61,984 nucleotides of DNA from Alphaproteobacteria bacterium UBA7314 (GTDB lineage Bacteria; Pseudomonadota; Alphaproteobacteria; MPNO01; UBA830). Position 1 is the first letter of the stretch. Each line of letters opens with the position of its first letter. The stretch spans positions 1 to 61,984 of the forward strand of contig DKQG01000019.1 in the NCBI GenBank assembly GCA_002471575.1. The letters run 5' to 3'. The position numbers were made by a program, and so were the translations under genes. Positions 44,237-52,689 of this stretch are shown here, piece after piece. A model generated the notes under the pieces. The model was not told the DNA's origin. It worked only from the letters and a program-made list of their open reading frames with translations, and searched no databases.

Positions 44237-44638
44237 CTATTCAGCGGCACAGATTAGGCAGAATTTTCGGCCTATACCATTAACGTTCTGGTTTGGGTCA
44301 GTTGTAAATTTTATATCATTGCAGTGGCCGATCCCGTCCAGACTAACCGCGAGGGGTAAGGTCGAATGCGCTAACGGCTGAACGATTTCTATATCCGCTT
44401 CAATGGAGAACTTCTGCATCGTTCCCTGGAGGATGTCGCCCTAATGTTTGTTGCCCCATTCAGCTGCTTCGATGTACTCGCGCTCGCCGTAATAAACGCC
44501 GCCATTATCGACAGCATTGAACGCTCGCTTGAGACAATCATTCGGCGTCTGGTACGGGCTCATGCCAGCTAGGGTAGCAATCATCGAACCGCTTGCCTGG
44601 TAATCGGGCGTTAGCTTACCCTGCGCTTCGCCGCTAAT
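44237..44638 (-). pseudogene. YqaJ/lambda-exonuclease-like phage recombination protein remnant
   Basis: (I)SGEAQGKLTPD...GMSPYQTPNDCL...EAAEWGNKH*GDIL...PLAHSTLPLAVSLDG. Internal TAG at 44441-44443; start codon reads ATT after a GAGGT RBS; truncated. Confidence 0.7.
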
Positions 44639-44736
44639 GGGTGAACCTCACCAAAGGCGATCAGGGTGGACAGGAAAAGACCGATGCCGGATAGCAGTAT
44701 TGCCAGCTCGGCAAAGCGTTCGAACCAAAACCTCAT
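44611..44736 (-). CDS. Small hydrophobic protein at the islet right end
   Basis: MRFWFERFAELAILLSGIGLFLSTLIAFG..., with a GGAG RBS and a homolog at 51989-52150. Confidence 0.5.
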   Translation of the reverse strand: MRFWFERFAELAILLSGIGLFLSTLIAFGEVHPLAAKRRVS

Positions 44737-44866
44737 AGTTCAATCTCCGCGAGATCACTAACAGGATTCGGTGTCTTTCTCTATGCTAACCCATTGAAAT
44801 GGGCTACTTGAAGGGACCCGCTCCGGGCTGCAACATTTTTCCCCAAAAGAGTGGATCATCACACCC

Positions 44867-44998
44867 ATGAAACAACGGGGCCCCTGGGATCTTCATTTCC
44901 TCATAAGGCTGCGAGAGAAAAACTCTTTGGTCGGCGGTGTTTTTTTCGCGATCGGCGTTCTGTTTTTTGGCTATCTTTTTATCGTAATACTTGCCTAA
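44867..44998 (+). CDS. Putative 43-aa single-TM small protein
   Basis: MKQRGPWDLHFLIRLREKNSLVGGVFFAIGVLFFGYLFIVILA*. Confidence 0.35.
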   Translation: MKQRGPWDLHFLIRLREKNSLVGGVFFAIGVLFFGYLFIVILA

Positions 44999-45231
44999 GC
45001 ATCCCATTGGATATCTAGCCTAGGCGGGTGCCGCTGTGAAAATAAATTATCCGACCAGTGCAAGTAGAAGAAATATCGGATCGCGCATCGGTACCCCCGG
45101 TATTTTAACCCGACCTTGAGACGAATTCTTTTAAGCAGCAGAGTCTACAACAAGCTGACGGATGGGCTATTCAATTTTCTGGGAGCTTCTTGTTCTGTGT
45201 CACGTTGTCCGTATTGTAGTCAGGAGAGACA

Positions 45232-46893
45232 ATGCAACACGGGAATTGCGACGTGGCGAATCCATTCGAGACTAACCTAGAGAAGAACCCGGCGAACTTT
45301 CAGTCGTTGACGCCGCTGAGCTTTATCGAACGCACTGCCGCCACATATCCCGACCGCACTGCGGTGATCCACGGAAATATTCGGAGAACCTGGGCCGAGA
45401 CCTATATGCGATCACGGCGTCTAGCCAGCGCTTTGGAAAGGCATGGACTTAAACCCGGCGAGACCGTCGCGGCAATGCTGCCAAACGTACCGGCGATGGT
45501 GGAAGCGCATTTCGGCGTGTCGATGATGGGAGGCGTTCTGAACGCCCTGAACATCCGCCTGGATAACGATGCGATCGCGTTCATCCTGCAGCATGGCGAG
45601 GCCAAAGTCTTACTTACCGATCGTGAATTTTCGGAGACGATCAAAAGCACGCTGGCCCAATTGGACGACAAACCCTTTGTAATTGACGTCGACGACGTCA
45701 CCTACGAAGGCGGCGAGTTGCTGGGTGAGGTCGAATATGAGGATTTCATCGCCGCTGGTGATCCGGAATACGACTGGGCATGGCCCACCGACGAATGGAA
45801 CGCCTGTTCGCTGAACTACACGTCTGGAACGACCGGCAATCCGAAGGGTGTCGTTTATCATCATCGCGGTGCGTTTTTGAACGCCATCGGCAACGCGCTG
45901 GTCTGGGCAATGCCTCCTCACCCGATTTACTTGTGGACCCTCCCGATGTTTCATTGCAACGGCTGGTGTTTCCCATGGACGGTAGCGGCCTTTGCCGGAA
46001 CCAATGTCTGCCTGCGTCGTGTCGAAGCGGAACCGATTTTCGACGCCATCTCTGAGCACGGCGTCACCCATTTCTGCGGTGCGCCGATTGTGCTCAACAT
46101 GATCGCAAATGCGCCAGACAGTCAGAAAAAGCCATTCGATCACAACGTCGAAGCGATGACCGCTGGCGCCGCCCCGCCCGCCGCGGTGATCGAGTCCATG
46201 GAAAGCCAAGGCTTCAATGTCACCCACGTGTACGGACTGACGGAAACGTATGGGCCATCGGTGGTCAGTGCATGGAAAGGTGAATGGGGCGATCGGCCAA
46301 TCGCTGACCGGGCGGCGCTGAAAGCGCGACAGGGGGTGCGTTATCACGTCCTGGAGGCGCTGATGGTCGGCGACCCCGAAACCATGGAACCGGTCCCGCA
46401 GGACGGTGAAACCATGGGCGAGATTTTCATGCGTGGAAACGACGTGATGAAAGGCTATCTCAAGAATCCGAAGGCAACTGAAGAAGCGTTTGCCGGCGGT
46501 TGGTTTCATTCCGGCGATCTCGGCGTCTGGCATGAAGACGGCTATATCGAACTAAAAGACCGCTCCAAGGACATCATCATTTCCGGCGGCGAGAATATTT
46601 CTTCGATCGAGGTTGAAGGTATATTGTACAAGCACCCCAAAGTTCTCGAAGCCGCTGTCGCCGCTAGGCCGGATACGAAATGGGGCGAGAGTCCCTGTGC
46701 TTTCGTGACGCTGAGGGAAGGCGAGGACGCGACTGACAAAGAGATATTTGAGTTCTGCCGCGAGAACATGGCGCGGTTCAAAGTACCACGTACGGTTGTT
46801 TTCGGTCCCCTACCGAAAACCTCAACCGGCAAGATACAAAAGTTTATCCTCCGAGAACGGGCGAAAGAACTGGGCGAGCGGGACGAAGGATAG
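45232..46893 (+). CDS. Acyl-CoA synthetase (AMP-binding, medium-chain/DmdB-like)
   Basis: YTSGTTGNPKG, LPMFHCNGW, YGLTE, SGD, DIIISGGENI and PKTSTGK motifs. Confidence 0.92.
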   Translation: MQHGNCDVANPFETNLEKNPANFQSLTPLSFIERTAATYPDRTAVIHGNIRRTWAETYMRSRRLASALERHGLKPGETVAAMLPNVPAMVEAHFGVSMMGGVLNALNIRLDNDAIAFILQHGEAKVLLTDREFSETIKSTLAQLDDKPFVIDVDDVTYEGGELLGEVEYEDFIAAGDPEYDWAWPTDEWNACSLNYTSGTTGNPKGVVYHHRGAFLNAIGNALVWAMPPHPIYLWTLPMFHCNGWCFPWTVAAFAGTNVCLRRVEAEPIFDAISEHGVTHFCGAPIVLNMIANAPDSQKKPFDHNVEAMTAGAAPPAAVIESMESQGFNVTHVYGLTETYGPSVVSAWKGEWGDRPIADRAALKARQGVRYHVLEALMVGDPETMEPVPQDGETMGEIFMRGNDVMKGYLKNPKATEEAFAGGWFHSGDLGVWHEDGYIELKDRSKDIIISGGENISSIEVEGILYKHPKVLEAAVAARPDTKWGESPCAFVTLREGEDATDKEIFEFCRENMARFKVPRTVVFGPLPKTSTGKIQKFILRERAKELGERDEG

Positions 46894-46898
46894 GGGAA

Positions 46899-48200
46899 AT
46901 GTGGGAAACACCCGAACTTCCCTTTCCCGTCGAATCGCGCGCACGGATCGCGGAAATCAGCAAGCAGGGCCGTCGGCGCGCCATCGAGCAGGCAAAACGG
47001 TCACGTTTTTTTGCCGGCAAGCTCGACCACATCAATCTCGATCATCTGCATGAACCGGAAGAATGGGCAAAGGTACCGATACTGACAAAGGACGAGCTCC
47101 GCGCCATTCCTGCTGAGGATTTTCATGACGTTTTTTGCGTCGGACCGCGCAACGAAGTTATCGAGTTCTGGCGATCCGGCGGCTCGACAGGACAACCGCT
47201 GTTTTATCCTCGGTCGTTCAACGATCTGCGTCTCGCCCGGGAAGGATTCAGACGGGCATGGGAAGCCGCCGGCATAAAGAAAGGCGACCTTGCGCATGTC
47301 TCGTTTCCGCTGGGCATACATCCGGTTGGTCAGGTCTATTGCCGGACCGCCCAGCAGATGGGTGTCGGCGTGAACTGGTGCGGCGCCGGGAATTCAACAC
47401 CATCGGAAGTACAGGTAGACCTAATCCGGACCCTAAAACCGACCGTGTTCTGCGGGATGGCCAGCTACGGCTTACAGCTGGCCCAGGTGGCTGAACGGAT
47501 GGGCTTCGATCTCGCAAATAGTTCGGTTAAAACCTTTTTGACAGCCGCCGAGCCTGTTTCCCCCGGAAAACGGGAACGCATCGAGGCGTTATGGGGCGCG
47601 GAACTCTACGATCAGTTCGGCTGCACAGAAGGATCGTTCATGGCGAGCGAGTCCAGTTATCATGACGGCATGCATTACTGGACTGATATGTTCGATCTTG
47701 AAGTCGTTGATGAAAACACCGGTGAGCCGGTCGCGGAGGGCGAAAACGGCATTCTGGTATTCACACCGTTTTGGAACGTAGAGATGACGCCGTTCCTTCG
47801 TTGGGAAACGGGCGACTATGTATCGTATATCGAGAGGGGTGCGACGGACGGCCCGCTATCCGTCTATCCCATGATCCGCCACGCGGCGCGCACGTCCGGA
47901 TTTTTCAAGGTTCGGGGCGTGAATATAAATCATGCCGATTTCGAGGACTTTATGCTGCGGCAGCTGGCGATCAATGATTTCAAGGTCGAAGTCGCCGAAA
48001 CAGAGACCCTCGACAGCATGACGATTTCGATCGAGCTCGGCACTGACGCTTTCCCTGAAGAAACAATCGATGTGCTGAAGAAGCAGGTTCGCCAGATATT
48101 CGAAGTATCTGCAGAAGTCGAAATGCTCATCCCCGGCACGCTCGAACAGGAATTTCAGTTACAGGTGAAACAGCAACGCTTTATCGACAAGCGTGGCTAG
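46899..48200 (+). CDS. Phenylacetate-CoA ligase family protein
   Basis: PILTKDELR, SGGSTGQP, FGCTE, PFLRWETGD and KVRGVNI motifs. Confidence 0.85.
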   Translation: MWETPELPFPVESRARIAEISKQGRRRAIEQAKRSRFFAGKLDHINLDHLHEPEEWAKVPILTKDELRAIPAEDFHDVFCVGPRNEVIEFWRSGGSTGQPLFYPRSFNDLRLAREGFRRAWEAAGIKKGDLAHVSFPLGIHPVGQVYCRTAQQMGVGVNWCGAGNSTPSEVQVDLIRTLKPTVFCGMASYGLQLAQVAERMGFDLANSSVKTFLTAAEPVSPGKRERIEALWGAELYDQFGCTEGSFMASESSYHDGMHYWTDMFDLEVVDENTGEPVAEGENGILVFTPFWNVEMTPFLRWETGDYVSYIERGATDGPLSVYPMIRHAARTSGFFKVRGVNINHADFEDFMLRQLAINDFKVEVAETETLDSMTISIELGTDAFPEETIDVLKKQVRQIFEVSAEVEMLIPGTLEQEFQLQVKQQRFIDKRG

Positions 48201-48221
48201 GTCGTTGCAGGAACCAGACAT

Positions 48222-49418
48222 TTGAACAAGTCAGCTACCGCTCCCGGCGTCTTCGTTATCGGAGCGGTCCTTACCCTTCTGGTTGCGGCCAATCCGGTCA
48301 GTACGGACACGCTGGCGCCGGGTGTCCCGGCGCTCCGGGATTTCTTCGGGGTCAGCACCAGCAGCGCTAATCTGGTGTTCAGCACCTATGTCTTCGCCTT
48401 CGGTTTTATGCAGCTCGTCTACGGCCCAATCGCCGACCGCTTCGGACGACGCCCCGTTCTGTTGATCGCGATGAGCCTATATTGCGTAGCAACAGTCCTT
48501 TGTGCCTTCGCTCCGACGTTCGAAACCCTTCTGTGCGCGCGAGCGCTGCAGGGGGCAGCTGCAGCCGCTGCCCCGGCTCTCGCTCGGGCAGTCATCCGCG
48601 ATTTATACGGCGTGGACGGTTCGCGGAAGGTAATGAGCTACGTGATGTCGGCTTTCGGAATATTCGCCATCGGAGCGCCCGCTATCGGGGGTATCCTAGT
48701 TGCATGGAAGGGCTGGCAGGCATCTTTTTTCTTTTGCGCCGTTTATGCACTCGTGACGATCGCTGCGGTATTTGTCTACCTTAAGGAAACCCGGCCGGAG
48801 AGCGCCCCCACATCCTTTAAACTGTCCACAACGTTTGCACTTTACGTGCGGCTAACACCCAATCCACAGTTTGCGCTGAACTGCATTACGAACCTATTGA
48901 TGTATTCCGCCATGTTCGTCTGGCTGTCCGGCAGCATGCTGGTCATCGTCGACGGGTACGGCATTCGCCCTGATATCGGAGGCCTTTTGTTCGCCTTCGG
49001 ATCCGCCGGTTTTATGGCTGGGGCAGCCTTCGCAGGGCGACTGGGTACCCGTATCGGACCACACAAGCTCATTATCTCGGGTAGCGCCATCGCTATCGTC
49101 GCAGCGGCTATGATCCTGTTGTTAGGATACATGCAAATCCGGACCGGGCTTGCGGTGGCCTTACCCGCACTGGTGTGGATGTTCGGTCACGGTCTTCATT
49201 ACCCGCAATCGATGGCGGCCGCAGTCGCACCGTTTCCGGAAAATGCAGGCGCGGCATCGTCACTGATCGGGTTCTATCAGACCACGGCCGGCGCTATTGC
49301 AGCGGTTGCGATAGGGGCGCTTCATGACGGCTCGGCGATCCCTTTTGGCGGACTGATGTTAGGACTGAGCATTGCAGCCCTCTTCGCCTATGCGCCGTTT
49401 TATCGCCGCTTTCTTTGA
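48222..49418 (+). CDS. Bcr/CflA-family MFS transporter
   Basis: QLVYGPIADRFGRRPV, ARAVIRDLY, APAIGG and AGAASSL motifs; about 12 TM segments. Confidence 0.9.
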   Translation: MNKSATAPGVFVIGAVLTLLVAANPVSTDTLAPGVPALRDFFGVSTSSANLVFSTYVFAFGFMQLVYGPIADRFGRRPVLLIAMSLYCVATVLCAFAPTFETLLCARALQGAAAAAAPALARAVIRDLYGVDGSRKVMSYVMSAFGIFAIGAPAIGGILVAWKGWQASFFFCAVYALVTIAAVFVYLKETRPESAPTSFKLSTTFALYVRLTPNPQFALNCITNLLMYSAMFVWLSGSMLVIVDGYGIRPDIGGLLFAFGSAGFMAGAAFAGRLGTRIGPHKLIISGSAIAIVAAAMILLLGYMQIRTGLAVALPALVWMFGHGLHYPQSMAAAVAPFPENAGAASSLIGFYQTTAGAIAAVAIGALHDGSAIPFGGLMLGLSIAALFAYAPFYRRFL

Positions 49419-49450
49419 CACCGCAGCCATGTCCTTTAATTGACCCAAAA

Positions 49451-50000
49451 ATGCCGGCGTAGCCATTGGCCTCGCACTGCAGGGGAACGCTTTCGAACGT
49501 GGCCGCCGGTGTGATGCTGATAATTTTTGGGCCCTTCGGCGCCTGTGATTTCATCGAGGGCGGTGGCTATTCGGCGGGGTAGTCAACTTGGAACTGTTTA
49601 CGACAGAAATTACAACCGCCGAAGGTATTTTCATCGTTGCGCCAAATAGCCAGCTCGGGGTCGGGGCGCCAACCAATTTCAGCCGCACTTCGACGCCCCA
49701 TGACCAAATGGTCCTCGCGATCGGATACAGTGATAGCATCAATCCTGTTATCGAAACGGGCAAAAGGTCTTCGATAAATAACCGTTAAGCCTGAGAGACC
49801 CGGGGTCCTATTACGTAGTGGGTGAAATGGCGGCCAGTTGGGCGAACATATGCGTTCGTGTTTGGGGAAATACGGAAGATAATTGGACCGTCTTCGTCAA
49901 ACTGAACAAAGCGCTGAAGGAGGCCGGTGACGACGCCAACATATTGATCCCCTTCCCTCAACACCGGGTCCATATCGAAAGCGATGTAATCTCCAAGTAG
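49451..50000 (+). pseudogene. Small-conductance mechanosensitive channel (MscS) pseudogene
   Basis: Fragments in different frames: GVAIGLALQG, GTLSNVAAGVMLIIFGPF..DFIE, LFTTEITT...APNS..NFS..IGY, and VRVW...ALKEAG..IPFPQ. Confidence 0.85.
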
Positions 50001-50140
50001 CATGACCTGGTTGCCGTGCTTCGTTAACAGGCGGATGCCGCAGCGCTCCGATTAACAAAATCGCAATATCTATTGCGCAAATTTGTCGCTAAGGGGTGGA
50101 AACACAGATCGTCCGATGTTATATGCCGTCACCGCAATGA

Positions 50141-50216
50141 TCCTCGGTAGCTCAGTTGGTAGAGCAAGCGGCTGTTAACCGCTGGGTCGGGGGTTCGAGT
50201 CCCTCCCGGGGAGCCA
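50141..50216 (+). tRNA. tRNA-Asn(GUU)
   Basis: TCCTCGGTAGCTCAGTTGGTAGAGCAAGCGGCTGTTAACCGCTGGGTCGGGGGTTCGAGTCCCTCCCGGGGAGCCA. Confidence 0.97.
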
Positions 50217-50246
50217 CTCCCTTCACCCATCCCTCGTTTTCTGGGA

Positions 50247-50355
50247 TTAATCGGAAGGGTGTACCATTTTGCTGGGGGCGAGTGTACCAGATACGTTTCT
50301 AATGCGTTCCAGTCCACTCGCCCCTAGTTTTCTCTAATTCGCTTGGTTGGTGCAA
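50247..50355 (-). pseudogene. Integrase C-terminal tail remnant with GTGTACCA repeats (50259, 50282)
   Basis: Reads NQAN*RKLGASGLERIRNVSGTLAPSKMVHPSD*; repeats have a 23-bp period. Confidence 0.65.
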
Positions 50356-50537
50356 TTTTATATTGCCAGCGTGAACCCCCGGCGACATTTACCTCCAGCA
50401 AAGTGGTCGCCTCTGTTGTAATCACTAAGGCTGGCAAAAGGCCTAATGTATTAGCTCACGCCGAGGTATCCGGGGCTTTCAGTGTCAGCGTTCTCTTTTA
50501 AACAGAGTTTTCCTTAAAGAACGTGAATGAATAATTA

Positions 50538-51746
50538 TTATTCTGCTGCTTCGGTATTCATGAGTGCATCTGTTACTTTTTCCGCCGACACAAGCATTTG
50601 CTCGCCTTCGGCACCCCTCAGTACTCCCTTTGGTTCCTCGCCCCGTCGTACCGCGTCAATCCCTTCCATGACCATCTTCCTAAGCAGTATGATGCCCCGA
50701 TCGGTAACACCAAGCCGCTCAATCGTCCGGTCCACCGGCCGCCCTTGGGTTACGATCGCGCGATAGTCTTGCTCGAACAATGTCTGAACTTGACCAGCGG
50801 CTGGAAACTCCATTCCTTCGGGTAGTTCTGGTGATTTTCCGTTCACTTCGGGCACGTGTGTAACGTGAAATAGTAATGTGTGATTATCATCAACAGGGGT
50901 CCGAAATATCGCTGAATATCTTGGCCAGTTAAACTTTCCACCCGGCCAAGGTTGGTTCAGAAGGATCGTAGTTGGAAAACGGAGGTAATTAGTGCGTCCG
51001 TAATCTCCTCGTATTTGCACAGTTTGGATCCCGAAGTCGTCCGGATGCCAGTCGACCTCGGGTATCTGGCTCCACACGTCGGCCCGTGTCGATCCCTCGC
51101 CGTGAAGAATGCCGGTATGAACTTGGTCGACGGAGTTCTCTACTATCTGTAGCCAATTAGCCGGCCATAAACAGAAATTTTCTACAATCCGTACCCCGCC
51201 CCGCGCAGCAATCACGTCAATCTGAGGAAGCATCGGAGCTTCGCCACTACCCATATAGGTCCAGATTAGGCCACCTTGCTCCCTAACGGGATATGCCTTG
51301 ATCGTCACCTTATTCTTAAAGTTACTGTTTTTCGGTTCCCCGGGCATGGCGAGACATTCGCCGGCATTATCAAAAGTCCAACCGTGATAGGGGCAAGCCA
51401 GACCCCTTTCGCGCGGCCGGCCATACTCCAGTGAACTATTACGGTGAGGGCAATTGATATCCATTAAACCTAGGTCGCCTGAGAGGTCACGGTACAAAAC
51501 GAGATCCTCACCAAGTATGCGCACCGCGAGAGGGTTTCCCTCAAACGTGGCGGCTTTTTGACCGAAAGAAGTAGCTGTACCCGGTCGATCATTATAAAGA
51601 AAAGGCTCATCAAGCTGAAGTTGTGCAGTGGGACCAACCGGATTGTCCGACAGTGCTATCGGAAACCAGAATGAACGTAGCCAACGTCCACAATCGCTGT
51701 CTGGACCGACTTTAGTAAGAATATCGTTTTCTTCAGCTGAAAGCAT
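50538..51746 (-). CDS. Rieske non-heme iron oxygenase alpha subunit (phthalate 4,5-dioxygenase-like)
   Basis: CPH...CPYHGW Rieske motif, ENSVDQVHTGILH iron motif, EQD and DRGIILLRK. Start at MLSAEEN after GGAG. Confidence 0.9.
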   Translation of the reverse strand: MLSAEENDILTKVGPDSDCGRWLRSFWFPIALSDNPVGPTAQLQLDEPFLYNDRPGTATSFGQKAATFEGNPLAVRILGEDLVLYRDLSGDLGLMDINCPHRNSSLEYGRPRERGLACPYHGWTFDNAGECLAMPGEPKNSNFKNKVTIKAYPVREQGGLIWTYMGSGEAPMLPQIDVIAARGGVRIVENFCLWPANWLQIVENSVDQVHTGILHGEGSTRADVWSQIPEVDWHPDDFGIQTVQIRGDYGRTNYLRFPTTILLNQPWPGGKFNWPRYSAIFRTPVDDNHTLLFHVTHVPEVNGKSPELPEGMEFPAAGQVQTLFEQDYRAIVTQGRPVDRTIERLGVTDRGIILLRKMVMEGIDAVRRGEEPKGVLRGAEGEQMLVSAEKVTDALMNTEAAE

Positions 51747-51869
51747 TTGTTTGGTCTCCCCAGGGCGGTCAACACACTCGCCCAGCATTCCATGTATCAT
51801 CATACAATATGGATGTGGGGTATCAATATTTTGTATGTGAAGTATTATTATGGCGTCTTATCGCAGGCG

Positions 51870-52053
51870 CCCGGTCAAACTGATTGAACATACAAAAGCT
51901 CGCCGGAGCAGAACCGGCCAATATTCAACCCATTGGACGCGCGGTTCAGGGAATTGTTGGGTGTTTGATAAGGTCTTATACTAATCAATCAGTTGTACAC
52001 TGAGCTAATTGCACAGTAGTGCATGTGAGCTTGCCGTGTGCCACGTCTTTCAG
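51870..52053 (-). pseudogene. Second, more decayed YqaJ-like remnant
   Basis: (L)KDVAHGKLT and, after a frameshift, IRPYQTPNNSLNRASNGLNIGRFCSGELLYVQ. Aligns with SPYQTPNDCLKRAFNAVDNGGVYYGEREYIE in the Cys islet. Confidence 0.65.
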
Positions 52054-52150
52054 GGATGCACCCCCCCAAAGCCAATAAGATCGAAAACAGTAGGCCAATC
52101 TCCATAAGCGGAATTGCCAGCTTGGCGGCTCCCTCAAACCAGCACCTCAT
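51989..52150 (-). CDS. Small hydrophobic protein, homolog of 44611-44736
   Basis: MRCWFEGAAKLAIPLMEIGLLFSILLALGG..., with the same RBS block upstream. Confidence 0.4.
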   Translation of the reverse strand: MRCWFEGAAKLAIPLMEIGLLFSILLALGGCIPERRGTRQAHMHYCAISSVYN

Positions 52151-52230
52151 AGCTCAATCTCCGCGAGATTGATGAAGGGATCGATGGCACACCCTCAGCT
52201 AACCCATTGTTTTGGGCTAGTTTTGGCATC

Positions 52231-52378
52231 CCCTCCCGAGGAGCCACCCCCCTTCACCGATCCCTAGATTTCTGAGATTAATCGGAGGGGTGTACCATTT
52301 TGCTGGGGGCGGGTGCTCTAGATACGTTTCTAATACGCTCTAGTCCACTCGTCTCCAGTTTCGTTTTATTCGCCTCGG
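52231..52378. repeat. Diverged direct repeat of 50201-50346 (tRNA-Asn 3' end plus element left end)
   Basis: Colinear ~145-bp match, e.g. GGGTGTACCATTTTGCTGGGGGCG, AGATACGTTTCTAAT and AGTCCACTCG. Confidence 0.92.
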
Positions 52379-52450
52379 CCTTGTAAACGTCAGCTTGTTT
52401 ATCGGTACTCCAGCCAAATGTAGCAGCGATTGATTTTCTGCACCGGCGAA
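52278..52450 (-). pseudogene. Tyrosine integrase C-terminal remnant
   Basis: GAENQ/IAATFGWSTDKQADVYKAEANKTKLETSGLERIRNVSRAPAPSKMVHPSD*. Retains the GW...Y catalytic end; frameshifted and 5'-deleted. Confidence 0.75.
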
Positions 52451-52689
52451 CCCTGACCCTTAAATTGCCGTGACGATTAAAATCAATCTTGAGATATTTC
52501 AGCTTTGTCGCCTAGAGCGCGGCAATTATCTCGGCTACGTCGTTCGACTTTTCTTTATTTGATTTTGTCATGGTCCCGACCGAAGGCATTTCTATCCGCC
52601 GCGGTTTGCGTAAGAGCACATTCAGTGGTCGTTGCAGGTAATACTTCATTGGTTGTAAAATCTGCTATTCATCCGTGAAAGGAAGCACA

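Larger units (their letters stand above)
42825..44832. mobile_element. ~2.0-kb integrative islet at tRNA-Cys
   Basis: CCGCTCCGGGC from the tRNA 3' end (42825-42835) recurs at 44818-44828. The interval holds an integrase tail, a cargo gene and an exonuclease remnant. Confidence 0.8.
50201..52246. mobile_element. ~2.0-kb integrative islet at tRNA-Asn
   Basis: CCCTCCCGGGGAGCCA (50201-50216) recurs as CCCTCCCGAGGAGCCA (52231-52246, 15/16). Internal layout matches the tRNA-Cys islet. Confidence 0.88.

Noticed and set aside
44441-44443. Amber read-through or recoding to explain in-frame TAG codons in remnants
   Set aside because: Core genes such as ssb, erpA and nagZ end in TAG, and the remnants also have frameshifts and truncations.
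50129-50317. 62-aa minus-strand ORF
   Set aside because: It is antisense to tRNA-Asn and out of frame with the integrase remnant.
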